From Leucoraja erinacea (taxonomy: Eukaryota), in the NCBI RefSeq assembly GCF_028641065.1, contig NC_073389.1, positions 49,042,001 through 49,106,000 on the forward strand: DNA of 64,000 nucleotides, in the 5' to 3' direction. Made by a program: the position numbers and the translations under genes. This document shows, one piece after another, positions 1 to 13,330 of the stretch. The stretch's first letter is position 1. Each line of letters begins with the position of its first letter. A model generated the notes under the pieces. It was not told the origin of the DNA and ran no database searches. It saw only the letters and a list, made by a program, of their open reading frames with translations.

Positions 1-267
1 CCTTCTGTTCTACAGCGAGTATAACTAAATGACCAAATGAGTAACTAAATGGTGCCTGTATATGAAACAGAGGTATATTTTAAAAGATAACTTAATTTAA
101 AGATAAAAGATAACTTAACAAAAACTTCAAATGAATTTCCAACCATATTAGTCGGCCCTCATAGGGCATCGACAAGGATATCAAGAACATAGGAACACAG
201 GAAAATAGAAGCACAAATAGGCCATTTAGTGTACTATTTCAGTTTTATCAATACATTTCGAGATTGA

Positions 268-600
268 GGGCAGCACAGTGGCACAGCTGATAGAGCTGCT
301 GCCTCACAGCGCCAGAGACACAGGTTCAATTCTGACATTGGGTAACATCTATAGTAGGTAGAGTTAGCATGTTCTCACTGGGAGTGCGTGGGTTTCCTCT
401 GGGTGCTCTGGTTTCCCCCCACATCCCAAAAATGTACGTTTTGGGTTTGTTGGTTAATTGGCCCTCTGTAACTTGCCCCTGATACATAGGGAATGGGTGC
501 AAAAGTGGGATAACATGGAACTCATATTAATGGGTGATCGAAGGTCGGCATGGACTTGGTGGGCTGAAGGGCCTGTTTCCATCCTGCATCTCCATAATTA
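268..600 (+). mobile_element. tRNA-derived V-SINE (HE1-like)
   Basis: A/B-box-like head (gtggcacagctg..ggttcaattc), V-domain (gggtttcctctgggtgctctggtttcc), CR1-type tail. Confidence 0.8.
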
Positions 601-1836
601 ACAACTAAATTAGCTGTTATTCAACCAATATGCAGATTCACATCAACTCTGTGTGACACGAAAGTGGCTTGTGCGATTACACAAACAAAAATCTTTTAGG
701 TACTATATTGCATCGTTTAGAGGACATGTTTATAGTATATGAGCGAACCACAGGTAGATGGGACTAGTAGATGGGGCATGTTAGTTAGCGTGGGCAGGTT
801 GGGCCGAAGGGCCTGTTTCCACGCTGTATGACTCTATGACTATGACTCTAATATAAAGCAACCCAAACTGTCTGTACAGCATTAAGCAGAGTTCAAGGTG
901 GGATTAAGTAATTGTGTTAATGAGTTGATTAGCATGGAATATTAATCTCAGATCTGCATTGTTTTAATGGGATGAAAACCTTAAGTGTAAAATGATTAAA
1001 ATATCAATTGGAAAGCCATGGGTCGCTCCAAGATCCTCAATGTGTAAATCCCCACTCACAGAAACAGTCAATGATCCCAACACTAATCATTTCCATCATC
1101 TGTTGCTTTCCTGATTTGTTCTGGCCTTTCCCCATCTCCAGTTTATTCTCTCCACCTCCACCCCCCCACACCCCACCCCTCCACTTCACTTTCAGTCTTA
1201 AGAGGGGTCTCGACCAGAATCGTCACCTATTCCTTTTCTCCAGAGATGCTCACTGACACCCCCCGAGTTACTCCAACATTGTTTGTGCACCTTTACTGTA
1301 AACCAGCATCTGCTGTTCCTTCCTACACAAGGGTAATACATCGGTTAAATAACAAGCAGGCACCAATGCACAACATTTCCTGGATACCTTACTGTTAGGC
1401 ATTTCTCTAAATATGTTAATGAGTGGCAAAAATTGTCGACTTTTTCTCGATGGAGGTGGAGAAATGACATGACACAATGACATAATATGTGGTGCTGCAC
1501 GGCATCGCTCTTGATACCCTTGAGAATTTTCTGCACATATAAAACTTACAATTAATTGGCATACTGTAATGACAGCAAACACGAATAGCCTCACTGCCAT
1601 TACGCCCACACACAATTGTCCATTACAATAATCCCTTCCTATCCTCACTTTGCTTTCTAAATTCCTGTTGTCAAAAATAAATTGCAAAGCTTCAAGAAGA
1701 CAGCAAGAAATAGGAGCAGGTAGAGTGCCTAAAAATACTTAAAATCCTCTTCACGTATCATAATAATTCCGTGGTTTAAAGAAGGTTGAAACTGAGCAAG
1801 TGTAACTGATGCTGCAGGAAAAGATACTTGATGTTG

Positions 1837-1876
<40 letters not shown>

Positions 1877-2091
1877 GAAATAACACTGGAATGATCTAAT
1901 GAGTTTGATCAGTGACATTACTGAATCTACTTTAGTCAAATTCTCTGTTGCCAAAGGACAGATGGTGATCGTAAAATAATTTTTTTAAACGTCGAAAGGG
2001 TAACAGGACATTTGTCTGCCTGCAATGCGGTGGAATTGGACTGTGTTTACTCTGTGTCTTTCAGGGGTGCATGATTTATAATTGATATCAA

Positions 2092-2810
2092 AAGTCAATA
2101 GTCAAGAGAGTTTATTGTCGTGTGTTCCAGATAGGACAATGAAACTCTTGCTTGCTGCGGCACTACAGAATATTGTACAGATCCGATCAGTTTGTCCATA
2201 TACCATAGAATATATATATACACACACACACACATAAATAAACAGAGAAAGTGCAATAGGCTGTTATAGTTCAGAATTTGTTTGAAGTTGCGTTTAATAG
2301 TCTGATGGCTGTGGGGAAGTAGCTGTTCCTGAACCTGGATGTTGCAGATTTCAGGCTCCCGTACCTTCTACCTGATGGCAGCAGTGTGTGTAGCCAGGAT
2401 GGTGTGGGTCCTTGATGATGCTGCCAGCCTTTTTGAGGCAGCGAATGCGATAGGTCTCCTCAATGGTCGGGAAGTCAGAGCCGATGATGGACTGGGCAGT
2501 GTTTAAAACTTTTTGCAGTCTTTTCCACTCCTAGACACTCAGGTTGCCGAACCAAGCCACGATGCAACCGGTCAGCTTGCTCTCTACTGTGCACCTGTAG
2601 AAGTTCGAGAGAGTCCTCCTTGACATACTGACTCTCCGTAATCTTCTCAGGAAGTAGAGGCGCTGATGTGCTTTCTTTATGATTGCATCAGTGTTCTGGG
2701 ACCAGGAGAGATCTTCGGAAATATGCACGTCCAGGAATTTGGAGTTCTTGACCTTTTCCACCATCGACCCGTTGATATAAATGGGACTTTGGGTCCCCAT
2801 CCTACCGACT
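2092..2810 (-). mobile_element. Rex1/Babar-type LINE 3' fragment
   Basis: KFLDVHISEDLSWS..QRLYFLRRLR..FYRCTVES..WFGN; short-repeat tail. Confidence 0.8.
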
Positions 2811-3530
2811 TCCGAAGTTCATTCGTGGAAGAAGGAAAAATGCATCAGTGCCTGCTACAGTAAACATCACATCAAAGGAAATTCCGGTATACAAGGAGTA
2901 GGTGAATCTTTGCATTTCAAGCTGAAGAAGGGTCTCAGCCCGAAACGTCACCCATCCCTTCACTCCAGAGATGCTGCCTGTTCCGTTGAGTTACTCCAGC
3001 TTTTTTGTGTCTATCTTCGGTAGATTAATCTTTGTTCGTTGAGCATTGCTCCCAGTGATCACTGTAATTGGCGCTCTTCTTCTTCTTCTTGCGTATGGCG
3101 TGCACAGCCTAAAGTTATAGAACAACTTGTTCTATTTGATCTTATTTGATTGTGCATGCCGGTTTGATTGCATTCGTCAAAACAGGGCGGACCAAGTCTT
3201 GTTCGTCTTACACGATTTTTGTGTTGTGTCTTTAAGTTTTCTTTAACACGGTCCTGTGTTCACAGCCGTTAGCTCTGTATCAATGATCGGTGAATATGCA
3301 TTTAAATTCTTTGGGGTCTCTGTTAGTTGATCTCTGGTACATTTTTGTGACTACATGTGTTCCAATTCACATTTGTGAACATTTGGTCAAATTGTCTGTG
3401 ACAATGCACATTATTATAAACTAGCTTTGTAATCCCGATTGTGAATGTTGAGAATGACTTTGCTTCCTGAGGGTGGTCAGTGGCAGTATTGAAGGCTTCA
3501 TGCTCCTTCAAATACACTAATAAAAGATAA

Positions 3531-3992
3531 AGGGCCTGTCCCACGAGCATGCGACTGCATGCGGCGAGCGCGACCAAACCGGAAGCGGGGGCCGCGCGAG
3601 GGTCGAGTGATTCCCATACAGGTTCCGGTCCCACCAGCATGCGACTGCACGCGGCGAGCGTGACCAAACCGGAAGCGGGGGCTGCGCGGAGGTCGAGTGA
3701 GTGGCGTGATGTTCGAGCGAAGTCCGTGGGAAGTTCGCGCGTGACGTACGGCATCAAGACGCTGGGTATGCCCGTCGAGGCATACGGCGTCGAGGCGGCT
3801 GCGGTCCGGCAGGCCGTTGCCGCGCGGAATTTTTGGACAGTGTCAGTTTTTCAGAGCCCCGCGCGATGTCGGGACCAGCTCCATGCGACTCCGGCGATCG
3901 AAGTGGGACCGGCCCCACGAGGCCGTACGGCTCAAGCGACCATGTTAGGTCGCGCTTGCCGCATGCATTTGCATGCTCGTGGGACAGGCCCT
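3531..3992. mobile_element. MITE with long terminal inverted repeats (possibly PIF/Harbinger-like)
   Basis: agggcctgtcccacgagcatgc ... gcatgctcgtgggacaggccct; flanks TAA/TTA; internal duplication of the left arm. Confidence 0.85.
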
Positions 3993-4234
3993 TTATGCAG
4001 TAACCGAGTACGTAGAGGAAGGAACTGCAGCTGCTGGTTTACATGGAAGATAGACACAAAAAGCTGGAGTTGGCTCAGCAGGTCAGGCATTTCAGATTGG
4101 AACCTTCCCCAGAGCTGCTGCCTTACCCATGATTAGTCTTGAAAATCATATTAATGAGAATTGCAATTCCTTGAAATATTTCAAAAATGTAGCCTTGTGG
4201 ACCTTACCACAAAAAACCCCCTGCAATAACAGGT

Positions 4235-4812
4235 TCACAAGTTATAGTAGTAGAATTAGGCCATCCAGCCCATCGAGTCTACTCTGCCATTCAAGCCTGG
4301 CTGATCTCTGACTCCTAATCCCATTTTCCTGCCTTCTCCCCATAACCCTTGACACCCATTCCAATCAAGAATTTGCTATATCTGCCTTAAAAATATCTAC
4401 TGACTTGGCCTCCACAGCTCCCTGTGGAAATGAGTTCCATGGATTAACTACCCTCTGACTAAAGAAGTTCCACCTCATCTCCTTTTCTAAAAGAGCACCC
4501 TTTAATTTTGAAGCTATGATCTCTGGCCTTGAACTCTCCCACCAGTGGAAACATCCTTTCCACATCCACTCTATCTATGCCTTTCATTATTCTGTAAGTT
4601 TCAATGGGGTCCCCCCTCAACCTTCGAAACTCCAGAGGCCCAGTGCTGTCAAACGCTCATCATATGCTAACCCACTCATTCCTGAAATCATTCTTGTAAA
4701 GCTCCTCTGGACCCTCTCCAGAGCCTGCACATCCCTCCTCAGATATGGGGCCCAAAGTTGCTCACAGTACTCCATATGTGGCCTGACCAGCGCCTTGTAG
4801 CGCCTCAGCATT
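4235..4812 (-). mobile_element. CR1 LINE 3' fragment
   Basis: YKALVRPHMEYC..W, ERVQRSFTRMI; FFSQRVVN; CR1-type tail. Confidence 0.85.
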
Positions 4813-5429
4813 ACATCTCTGCTTTTGAATTCCAGTGATATAACGCATCATTGAATCAAAAAATGCAGATGCTGAACATGTGAAATTAAAACAGCAACAT
4901 TCAGGGCAGGCAGATCTGGGGAGGAAAAAATGGTTCAAAAACAGTTCCGAGAATGAGATGCCAACCCAAAATATTGAGTTTGAAGAAGGGTCTCGACTCC
5001 AAACGTCACCTATCCCTTTTCTCCAGAGATACTGCCTGACCCGCTGAGTTCCTCCAGCATTTTGCGTCTATTTTTGTGTAAACCAGCATCCCTCCCTGCT
5101 CTATTGATGGTTCTTTTGATGACTATTTCACTCTGAAGTTGCCACCCAAGCTTTTTTTGGGGGGGGCATTTTTTATTTTCTTTATTTGTAGTAATATTTT
5201 TTTCGATATTCCAAACTACCTTTACATCTTGATATTGTTTTTATTTTAATTGGGAAAATAAATAGTGCTCTGGTGGTTCAATGGTTCTTGGTTGTCACCC
5301 ATGCACTGCACAGAGGAATTCTTTCTGCATTGTTCACATATGCGCAAGTGCCTATATTTTGGTGCAGTTTACAAAAAGAAAAAGGCCAAGGTTTGGTCCA
5401 CATGCTGAATGTACTGGAGTGCCCCCGTT

Positions 5430-5850
5430 CCAGGCGAGTCCCAGGCTTCTGCAGGGCCTCCTCCGTTGCCCACGACCAACTCGGCCCGCCAACAAACGTC
5501 CCTCTCCTCGCCCGACCACCTCTATGTCTCGGGGGCGCCTCCTGCAGCTGACCTTGAAGGCGTTGGAGGCAATAACCCAGTCCCTCTCCTACCCCAGTCC
5601 AGTCTTCATGTCCGTCAGCACCAGCGACTCCCTCCTCCTCAGCTCTCCAGTCTTCGGGGGCCGAGCTCGGCGGTTTCCGAGCTTCCCCCCGCTCCCCGCA
5701 GGCCGCAGCCCGCCCGATCCTTCTTCGCGAAGGCGATCCAGGCCAGCCGCCACACGTGACCGCGGACGATACACCGTGTCCGGCTTCCTTCGCGGCGGCA
5801 CGTGTGTTTGATATCCGTGAAGGTTATTTCACGCGATTGGCTTTTCAGCC
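5430..5850 (-). promoter_or_regulatory. CpG-rich promoter / candidate first exon of a minus-strand gene running off the left end
   Basis: CpG-dense; two CACGTG E-boxes (5753-5758 within GTCACGTG, and 5799-5804), CCAAT(-) 5836-5840, CTTCGCGAAG palindrome; candidate donor GGG|GTAGGA at 5593/5592. Confidence 0.5.
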
Positions 5851-7089
5851 AACTTGTCAGGCTGCATACCATGGATTCTTCATAACTGATGCCCGATATC
5901 ATCACAAGCAAGGAGAACCAGAAGTCTACACAAGAGACATCACCAGCCTGTACAAGTGCTGACATTACACTATCAACCCGAGATCCAAGACGTCAGATGC
6001 GCGGCAGGGTGGCGCAGCGGTAGAGTTGGTGCAATACCACACCAGAAACCCCGGTTCAATCCGACCACGGATGTTGCCTAAAAGAAGCTCGTAGGTTCTC
6101 CCCATGACCTTGTGGGTTTTCCCCGGGTCATAGTCATAGAGTGATACAGTGTGGAATCACTGTATGTCCCAGCTACACTAGTCTCACCTGCCTGCGTTTG
6201 GTCCATATTCCTTCAAACATGTCCAACCATGTTTCTTAAATTTAGGGATAGTCCCTGCTCAACTACCTGCTCTGGCAGCTCGTTCCATACACCCACCACC
6301 CTTTGTGTGAAAAAGTTACACCTCAGATTCCTATTAATACTTTTCTCCTTCACCTTGAACCTATGACCTCTGGTCCTCAATTCCCTTGCTCCGGGCTCCG
6401 GGCTCCGGTTTCCTCTCACACTCCAATGACGCAAGGTTTGTAGGTTAATTGGCTCTGGTAAAGATTGTAATTTGTCCCTGGTGTGTACGATTGTGCTAGT
6501 GCATGCCCTTCACTGGTCGGTGTGGACTCGTTGGGCTGAAGAGCCCGTTTCCGCGCTGTATCTCTAAACTAAAGATGGTTAGGCTGCACTTAGAAATATA
6601 GAAAATAGGTGCAGGAGTAGGCCCTTCGAGCCAGCACCGCCATTCAATGTGATCATGGCTGATCATCCACAATCAATACCCCGTTCCTCCCTTCTCCCCA
6701 GATCCCTGGATTCCGCTAGCCCTAAGAGCTCTATCCAACTCTCTTTTGAATGCATCCAGTGAATCGGCCTCCACAGAGGCTGGTGGGAATATGGAACAAG
6801 CTGCCAGAGGAAGTGGTGGCGGCAGGTACAATAATATTTAAAAGACATTTGGATAGGTACATGGACAGGAAGGGACTAATGTGATATGGGGCAAACACAG
6901 ACAAATGGAACTAGCTTAGATGGGGCATTTTGGTCAGCATGGAAGAGTTGGGCTGAATGGCCTGTTTCTGTACTATCAGTGTACAAGGCAACTTTGTGTG
7001 GAATGTCAGAAACAAAACCATGCACTAAAACCTTATCACAATAGATGACACGAACTGTCTTATGAACAAGGATGTATTAAATTGGGTCA

Positions 7090-8520
7090 CTGAGTAATAG
7101 TACCCAATTGTAATCTTTGTCTTAAGCAATTGGGTACTATTACTCTGTGCCCCAATTTAATACATCCTTGTTCATATGACAGTTCATCCACAGTGGACAC
7201 ACAGGTATTGTTGGAATGAAGTCTACAGCCAGAGGTTGCATGTATTGGCCAGGGTTGGACAATGACATAGAAGCAATGGCAAGCAAATGTAGCACCTGTC
7301 AGAGTTGTAGAAGTAGGCCTGCCGAAACCCCTTTGCAAACATGGTCTTGGCCTACTAGACCGGTTCATGTGGATTTTTGTGAACATGGGAACAATACTTT
7401 TCTTGTTTTGGTAGATAGCCACTCAAAGTGGAATGAGGTGGTACCTATGGGTACAAACACAACAACAGAAAGAACAATACACACATTGCGGTCTATCTTG
7501 GTGTGTCATGGATTACCTGAAGAGCTGGTCTCTGACAACGGCCCCCAATTTCGTGCTGCACTGTTCCAAACGTTCATGAAGCTGGATGGCATCAAACCAC
7601 TCAGGATAGTCAAAGGAGCTCTCAAGAAACAAGCTCTTGAAGGGAATTCAAAATTCAGTATGTCACAGCGGCTAGCGAGATTCTTACTGAAATATTGTAC
7701 CTCACCACAATCTACCCCACAGGTTTATGCCAGCTGAACTTCTCATGAAAAGAAGGCTCAGAACTAGACTGAGTTTGGTTCTACCTAACTTATCGCCCAA
7801 GGATGAAAGCAAACAATCTGTTCAGAAACGTCATTACGGTGGAAGTCAAAAAGAGCGTAGGTTCAAGACACATGATCAGGTTTGTGTTCTCTGCCCCCCC
7901 CCCCCTCCCCCCCCCCCCCCCCCCCTTACAAAGCAAACAACCAGGAGGTGGGAACAGTAGTTGATGTGTGTGGTACCAGGTGATACTTGGTAGAAATTGG
8001 ACGTGTTAGTAGTGTGCACATAAACCACATGATGCCAGCAAGGGATGAACCGTGACAAGAGCAAAGCATAGACGAAGAAGCAGATCTGTCAGACTTTGTT
8101 ATTATTCCAAGTTCAAATGCAAGATCAGAATCTCCAAGGAAAACCGAGACAAAGGTCCTGAACTTGAGTCTCCTCTAGAACCACAACCTGACACTCTAAT
8201 CTGACGTAAACCAGTCGTCAGATTAAATTTATAAAAACTATTCTTGTTTGTCTAATTAACAAGTTTTTTTTTCTTTCTAAGGGGAGAGCAGTGTAGTGTA
8301 TATAATAGTGTATATAATGGTAACTGTAACTTTAAGAACTGAGTACTAGAATGGTATGATTTGCGCCATGTGAAATATTCAATATCTTATCAGTCTCGTG
8401 AATATGTGAGTATGCGCGGTGTACTTTCGTAAAATAAAGGAGACCCACACTGACGACAGCCGTTCTCCCATTTCCTCTAATCCTGGTTAATGTACTGGTT
8501 ACTGAAAATTGAATCTAACA
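7090..8520 (+). mobile_element. Gypsy LTR retrotransposon relic: integrase, PPT and 3' LTR (8292-8520)
   Basis: YWPGLDNDIE..CSTCQ, HVDF..LVDSHSKW, HGLPEELVSDNGPQF; purine tract aaggggagag then TG...AATAAA...CA. Confidence 0.85.
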
Positions 8521-11500
8521 TACGAGGGCAGTCAGATGATGGGGGCTTGAAAGAGAACAGGTTACGAAGGAATTTGGGGAATTAGATTAAATGAATGGTT
8601 GAGAACAGCACAGACCCGATGGGCTGAATGACATCCAATGTCACGAGGAGAACAGTTGCTCCATTCTTTTAGACCATAATACTCACGAAAGACGCTCCAT
8701 CTCGAAAGAACGAAGAATGAGAGAACGAAGAGAGGACCTGATGGGGGGCCGCTGTGATTGAAGGGGGGTGGGGTGGGGGGGGGGGGGGGGGGAGCAACAA
8801 CGTCTGGGGGGGGCCGAATGCTGCGAGCTGAAGATAAAACTGTTTGACAAACTTTCCGTAACTTCGTTGGTGCCAGAAGCATGGCGACTTGTGCACTGCC
8901 TAGGTGAGGCCTGCTGTATGATTTAAACGGGCTGTTTGCCAAACAAAGCATTTCACTGTACACGCATGTCAATAAAGTAGCACTGAATCTCTGGGACAAT
9001 ACTACAAGTGCCACATATTTAAAACTCCTCACAATATTCCACCTGCTACAGACACATCCCATCTTGAAAGGAGGGAAAGAATATTCACAGAACCCAATGC
9101 ACAGTTGAGAAAAAAAGGAACTGCAGATGCTGGGATACAAAAAAAAAGACAAAGTGCTGGAGTAGCTCAGCAGGTCAGGCAGCACCTCTGTAGTACGTGG
9201 GTAGGTGACATTTCGGGTCAGGACCCTTCTTCAGACCGAGGAAGGGTTCCAACCCAAAAGGTCACCTGTCCGTGTTTTCCAGAGATGCTGCCTGATCTGC
9301 CGAGTTACTCCAGCACTTTGTGTCTAACGCGTACTACTCTCATTTCGATATACCCAAAATTGGATAGGGTCCCAACCTGCAACATCACCTACCCACGCTC
9401 TCCAGAGATGCTGTGGGACCTGCTGAGTTCCTCCAACACTCTGTCTCTCATGCATAATACTGTCATTTCCATATACCCAAACATGGAAGCTCGAAAAGCA
9501 GACACTGTTCTTGTAAGCTGGTCATTGAATCTGAACACATGCCATAAGAAAACAGGTTTTGCAAACTTGGATGGCTAATACCGAGGCGTGACACTCCACT
9601 TAACGATCAAGATCACAATCTACAACTTAAATTACTACCAAAACTTCAGTGATGTTAGCTATATGTAAAGGCAATTCTGAAGCTGAAGAGCAAATCACTG
9701 TGATACTTCCAGTGTGCAACAAAGTTAGAATGGAGGGTTTGGACCTGTAGAAGATCTCGGACCCGAAATATTTCTCTTCTCACAGATGCTGCCTGACATG
9801 TATTCAGTATATACATATATATTTTTTTAAATCTCAGATTGCTAGCATCTGCAGGTTTTTTTTCCATTTACAGTATAAACATCCTTATCATTATGGGTGC
9901 ACGCCCAAAGAGAAACTGCAGGTAAACAAATATCAGAATGAAAATGGATAAAAAGTCAAGCAAAGGGCAGCACAAATGTGTGGCTAATAAAGCTGCTCCA
10001 TCACAGTGCCAGCGACCCAGGTTTGATCCAGATCTCAGGTGCAGTCTGTGTGCAGTTTGCATATTCTCCCTGTGACCGCGTGGGTTTTCTCCAGGTGCTC
10101 CGGTTTCCTCCTACATCCCAAAGACGTGCAAACTTTAAATGGCCTCTAGATTGTTCCTAGTGCGTTGGGAGTGGGTGCGAAGGTGGGATAGCAGAACTAC
10201 TATGAGCAGGCGATCGATGGTCGGCGTGGACTCGGTGAGTCAGAGGGCCTGATTCCATGCTGTATTTTTCCCCAATCAATTCCAATACTGCAGACACTGC
10301 TGCGAGCAAGTGCACCAAACTTTGACTATTCAAATTAGAAATCATTACATGTACAAGTTTAGTCTTGCAAGTATTTCCGAGTCAGATTTTATTGCGAAAC
10401 GTCTTTAGTTTGATTCCGGAATAACCATTTGCAATAATCATGCAGTGTACTCTGGAATTGCACGAATAAACCCCTCATTCATCAAGGAGCAACCATTGTC
10501 ACACAGAAATAAGTGCTGTCCAGCAGAAATGGATGGTTAAAACTCTCACCTGCAGATTTTGATCACCAATAAAACCATCTATTAGAAAAAATCTTGTCAA
10601 ATTTCAAAGTCTTAACAAGTTATCTTTGCTGGAATTGTATTGACAGCTCAGCAGAGCAATATAGTGCAGACCAGTCAATGCACTTATAGGTTGTTGCCTG
10701 ACACCATCTTAATAAGTCTGAAGAAGGAACTCGATCTGAAACGTCACCCATTCCTTCTCTCCAGAGATGCTGCCCGTCCCGCTGAGTTACTCCAGCTTTT
10801 TGTGTCTATCTTTTAGAAGTCATTATTCCATATGGAGGGCGTGGGGAAATCGACTGTTAAGGGTGAAAATATACTGGCTTATTGACTCTACATGCATCTA
10901 CACTTTAATTTATTACCCTGCAGTAGAATAGAATTAATTGGAAAAGAAAATAGTCGCAAAATGCTGGTGTAACTCAGCAGGTCAGGCAGCATTCTTCAGA
11001 CAGTCGGATAGAAAGATCGCCTATTCCTTTTCTCCAGAGATGCTGCCTGACCCACTGAGTTGCATTTTTGTGTCTATCTTCAGTGTAAACCAGCATCTGC
11101 AGTTCCTTCTTACGCAAGAAAATAGTCGCACTGGAAAGTTGATGGAAGTTTATAAAATGATGACACACAGAGATAGGGGATTCAGTTGAAATCTTCTTCC
11201 CACGGTGGAAATGTTAAAGATTAGTGGGCAGAGGTTTAAGGGGGAAAGGGGCAAAGTTTAAAGGAAATACGAGAGGCCTTTTCTTTCCGACGAAGCAGAT
11301 AAAATAGTGGCATTGAAGAGGCTTTTAGGTAAGCAATGAAGATGGGCACGATGTGCTGAAGTAACTCAACAGTTGTGAATCTGTGGAATTCTCTGCCACA
11401 GAAGGTAGTTGAGGCCAGTTCATTGTGGCTGGGATGGGATACTGAGTTGGATACAAAGGGATCAGGGGGTATGGAGAGAAGGTAGGGATGGGATACTGAG

Positions 11501-12109
11501 TTGGATGATCAGCCATGATCATATCGAATGGCGGTGCAGGCTCGAAGGGCCGAATGGCCTACTCCTACACCTATTTTCTATGTTTCTAACAAGTCAAGCA
11601 AGATCTCTCGAGAAAAGGAATAGATGGCGTTTCGGGTCGAGACCCGTTTCAGACCCATTAGATGGGCAGCAATGGAGGGATATTATTCAAGTTCTAGGTT
11701 AATTGGCCTCTGTAAATTACACCTCTTGTGTGGAGAGTGGGAAAGTGGGATAAGGTTGAACGAGTGAACGATGGTTGGCATGGACTCAGTGGGCTGAAAG
11801 GCCTGTTTCCATGCTGTATCTCTAAACTAGGCTTCACATTCACACAAGCATTGTGGGCCAAAGGGCCTGGTCCCGTACTGTTACGAAACGATAGAACTTG
11901 ATTTATTCCAGGAAGGAAATTGATCTGCCAAAAGTCATAAAAACACAAAATATATAAAAGTGGCAAGTGGAAAGGTTTGGAGGTGTACAGAGATTGGAGA
12001 GGGGGTGGGGAGGGGTGTTAGTCTCAGTCTACCGCACAACAGAAGGGGGAGGAGTTGAACAGTTTGATAGCCACAGGGAAGAATGATTTCCGGTGGTGTT
12101 CTGTCCATA

Positions 12110-12520
12110 TAACCATATAACAATTACAGCACGGAAACAGGCCATCTCGGCCCTTCAAGTCCATGCCGAACACTTTCCCCCCCTGCACTCAGACCATAAC
12201 CCTCCATTCCTTTCCCGTCCATATACCTATCCAATTTATTTTTAAATGATAAAATTAAACCTGCCTCCACCACTTCCACTGGAAGCTCATTCCACACAGC
12301 TACCACTCTCTGAGTAAAGAAGTTCCCCCTAATGTTACCCCTAAACTTCTGTCCCTTAATTCTCAAGTCATGTCCTCTTGTTTGAATCTTCCCTACTCTC
12401 AATGGGAAAAGCTTATCCACATCAACTCTGTCTATCCCTCTCATCATTTTAAAGACCTCCATCAAGTCCCCCCTTAACCTTCCGCGCTCCAAAGAATAAA
12501 GACCCAACTTGTTCAACCTG
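12110..12520 (-). mobile_element. CR1 LINE 3' fragment (related fragment at 31530-31800)
   Basis: LGLYSLE..LRGDL..TRGH..FFTQRVV. Confidence 0.85.
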
Positions 12521-12869
12521 TCCTGAAGATTGTCCTGAATCTTGGTGGAACCAGTCCGTTGCACAAGGTACTATGTTCAATGGATAGATAGTATCATTTC
12601 TTTATTTAGAATAGGGAAATGAGAATACGTTTAGGGAATGAATGATCCAAGAGGTGAGAGAAATAATAGGAACCTCCCTTAATCATGTAATAACAAGGCA
12701 TCAGGAAACTCAATGGTAAAGTTGTCACCACAGATTAGACAGGGGTCATGTTTAGCTAGCCTGATTCATTTAACAAAAGTTAGACAAACACTAGCCCGGG
12801 GGAATAGTTTAGCATTAATAAATTAGTATTAGTCATTGGCAGTGGATCACAGTAGTGAATCACATTATC

Positions 12870-13330
12870 AATTAAATTATCAAACCGGCTACAACAGTGG
12901 AGAGAAAATTGAGGTTGCTACACAGACCGAGTAGCTCACGCCACCTCGGCAAAGCCAACAGCATAATCAAAGACGAGTCACACCCTGGCCACTCCCTCTG
13001 CTCCCCTCTCCCATCAGGCGAAGGTATAGAAGTGTGAAAGCACACACCTCCAGATTCAGTGGCAGTTTCTTCCCAGCTGTTATCAGGTAACTGAATCATC
13101 CTACCACAACCAGAGAGCAGTGTTGAACTACTATTTACCTCTTTGGTAACCTCCACACTATTCTTGATTGGACTTTGCTGGCTTTATCTTGCACTAAACG
13201 TTATTCCCTTATCATGTATCTATGTAAATGGCTCAATCGTAATAACGTATTGTCTTTCCGCTGATTGGATAACATGCAACAAAAGCTTTTCACTGCACCT
13301 CGGTACACGTGACAATAGACTAAACCAAAC
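12870..13330 (+). mobile_element. Rex/Babar-type 3' fragment (related copies 18580-18880 +, 29390-29800 -, 45130-45360 -)
   Basis: HPGHSL..LPSG..SFFPAVIR-like terminal region; cttttcactgYacctc..gacaata tail. Confidence 0.7.

Noticed and set aside
268-345. tRNA-like A/B boxes
   Set aside because: Head of a V-SINE, not a tRNA gene; no full cloverleaf
1836-1876. Long poly-G/C runs (also about 7895, 21710, 22647, 34245, 42700-42950, 43655-43775) giving polyproline/polyglycine ORFs or G-quadruplex candidates
   Set aside because: Low-complexity tracts whose lengths are unreliable in assemblies; the ORFs are artefactual
10380-10715. Possible snoRNA or miRNA hairpins (TGATTA...CTGA on minus; gtattgac/gtcaatgc stem)
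   Set aside because: Boxes are imperfect, the second H/ACA hairpin is too short and I recognise no guide or mature sequence; needs a covariance-model search
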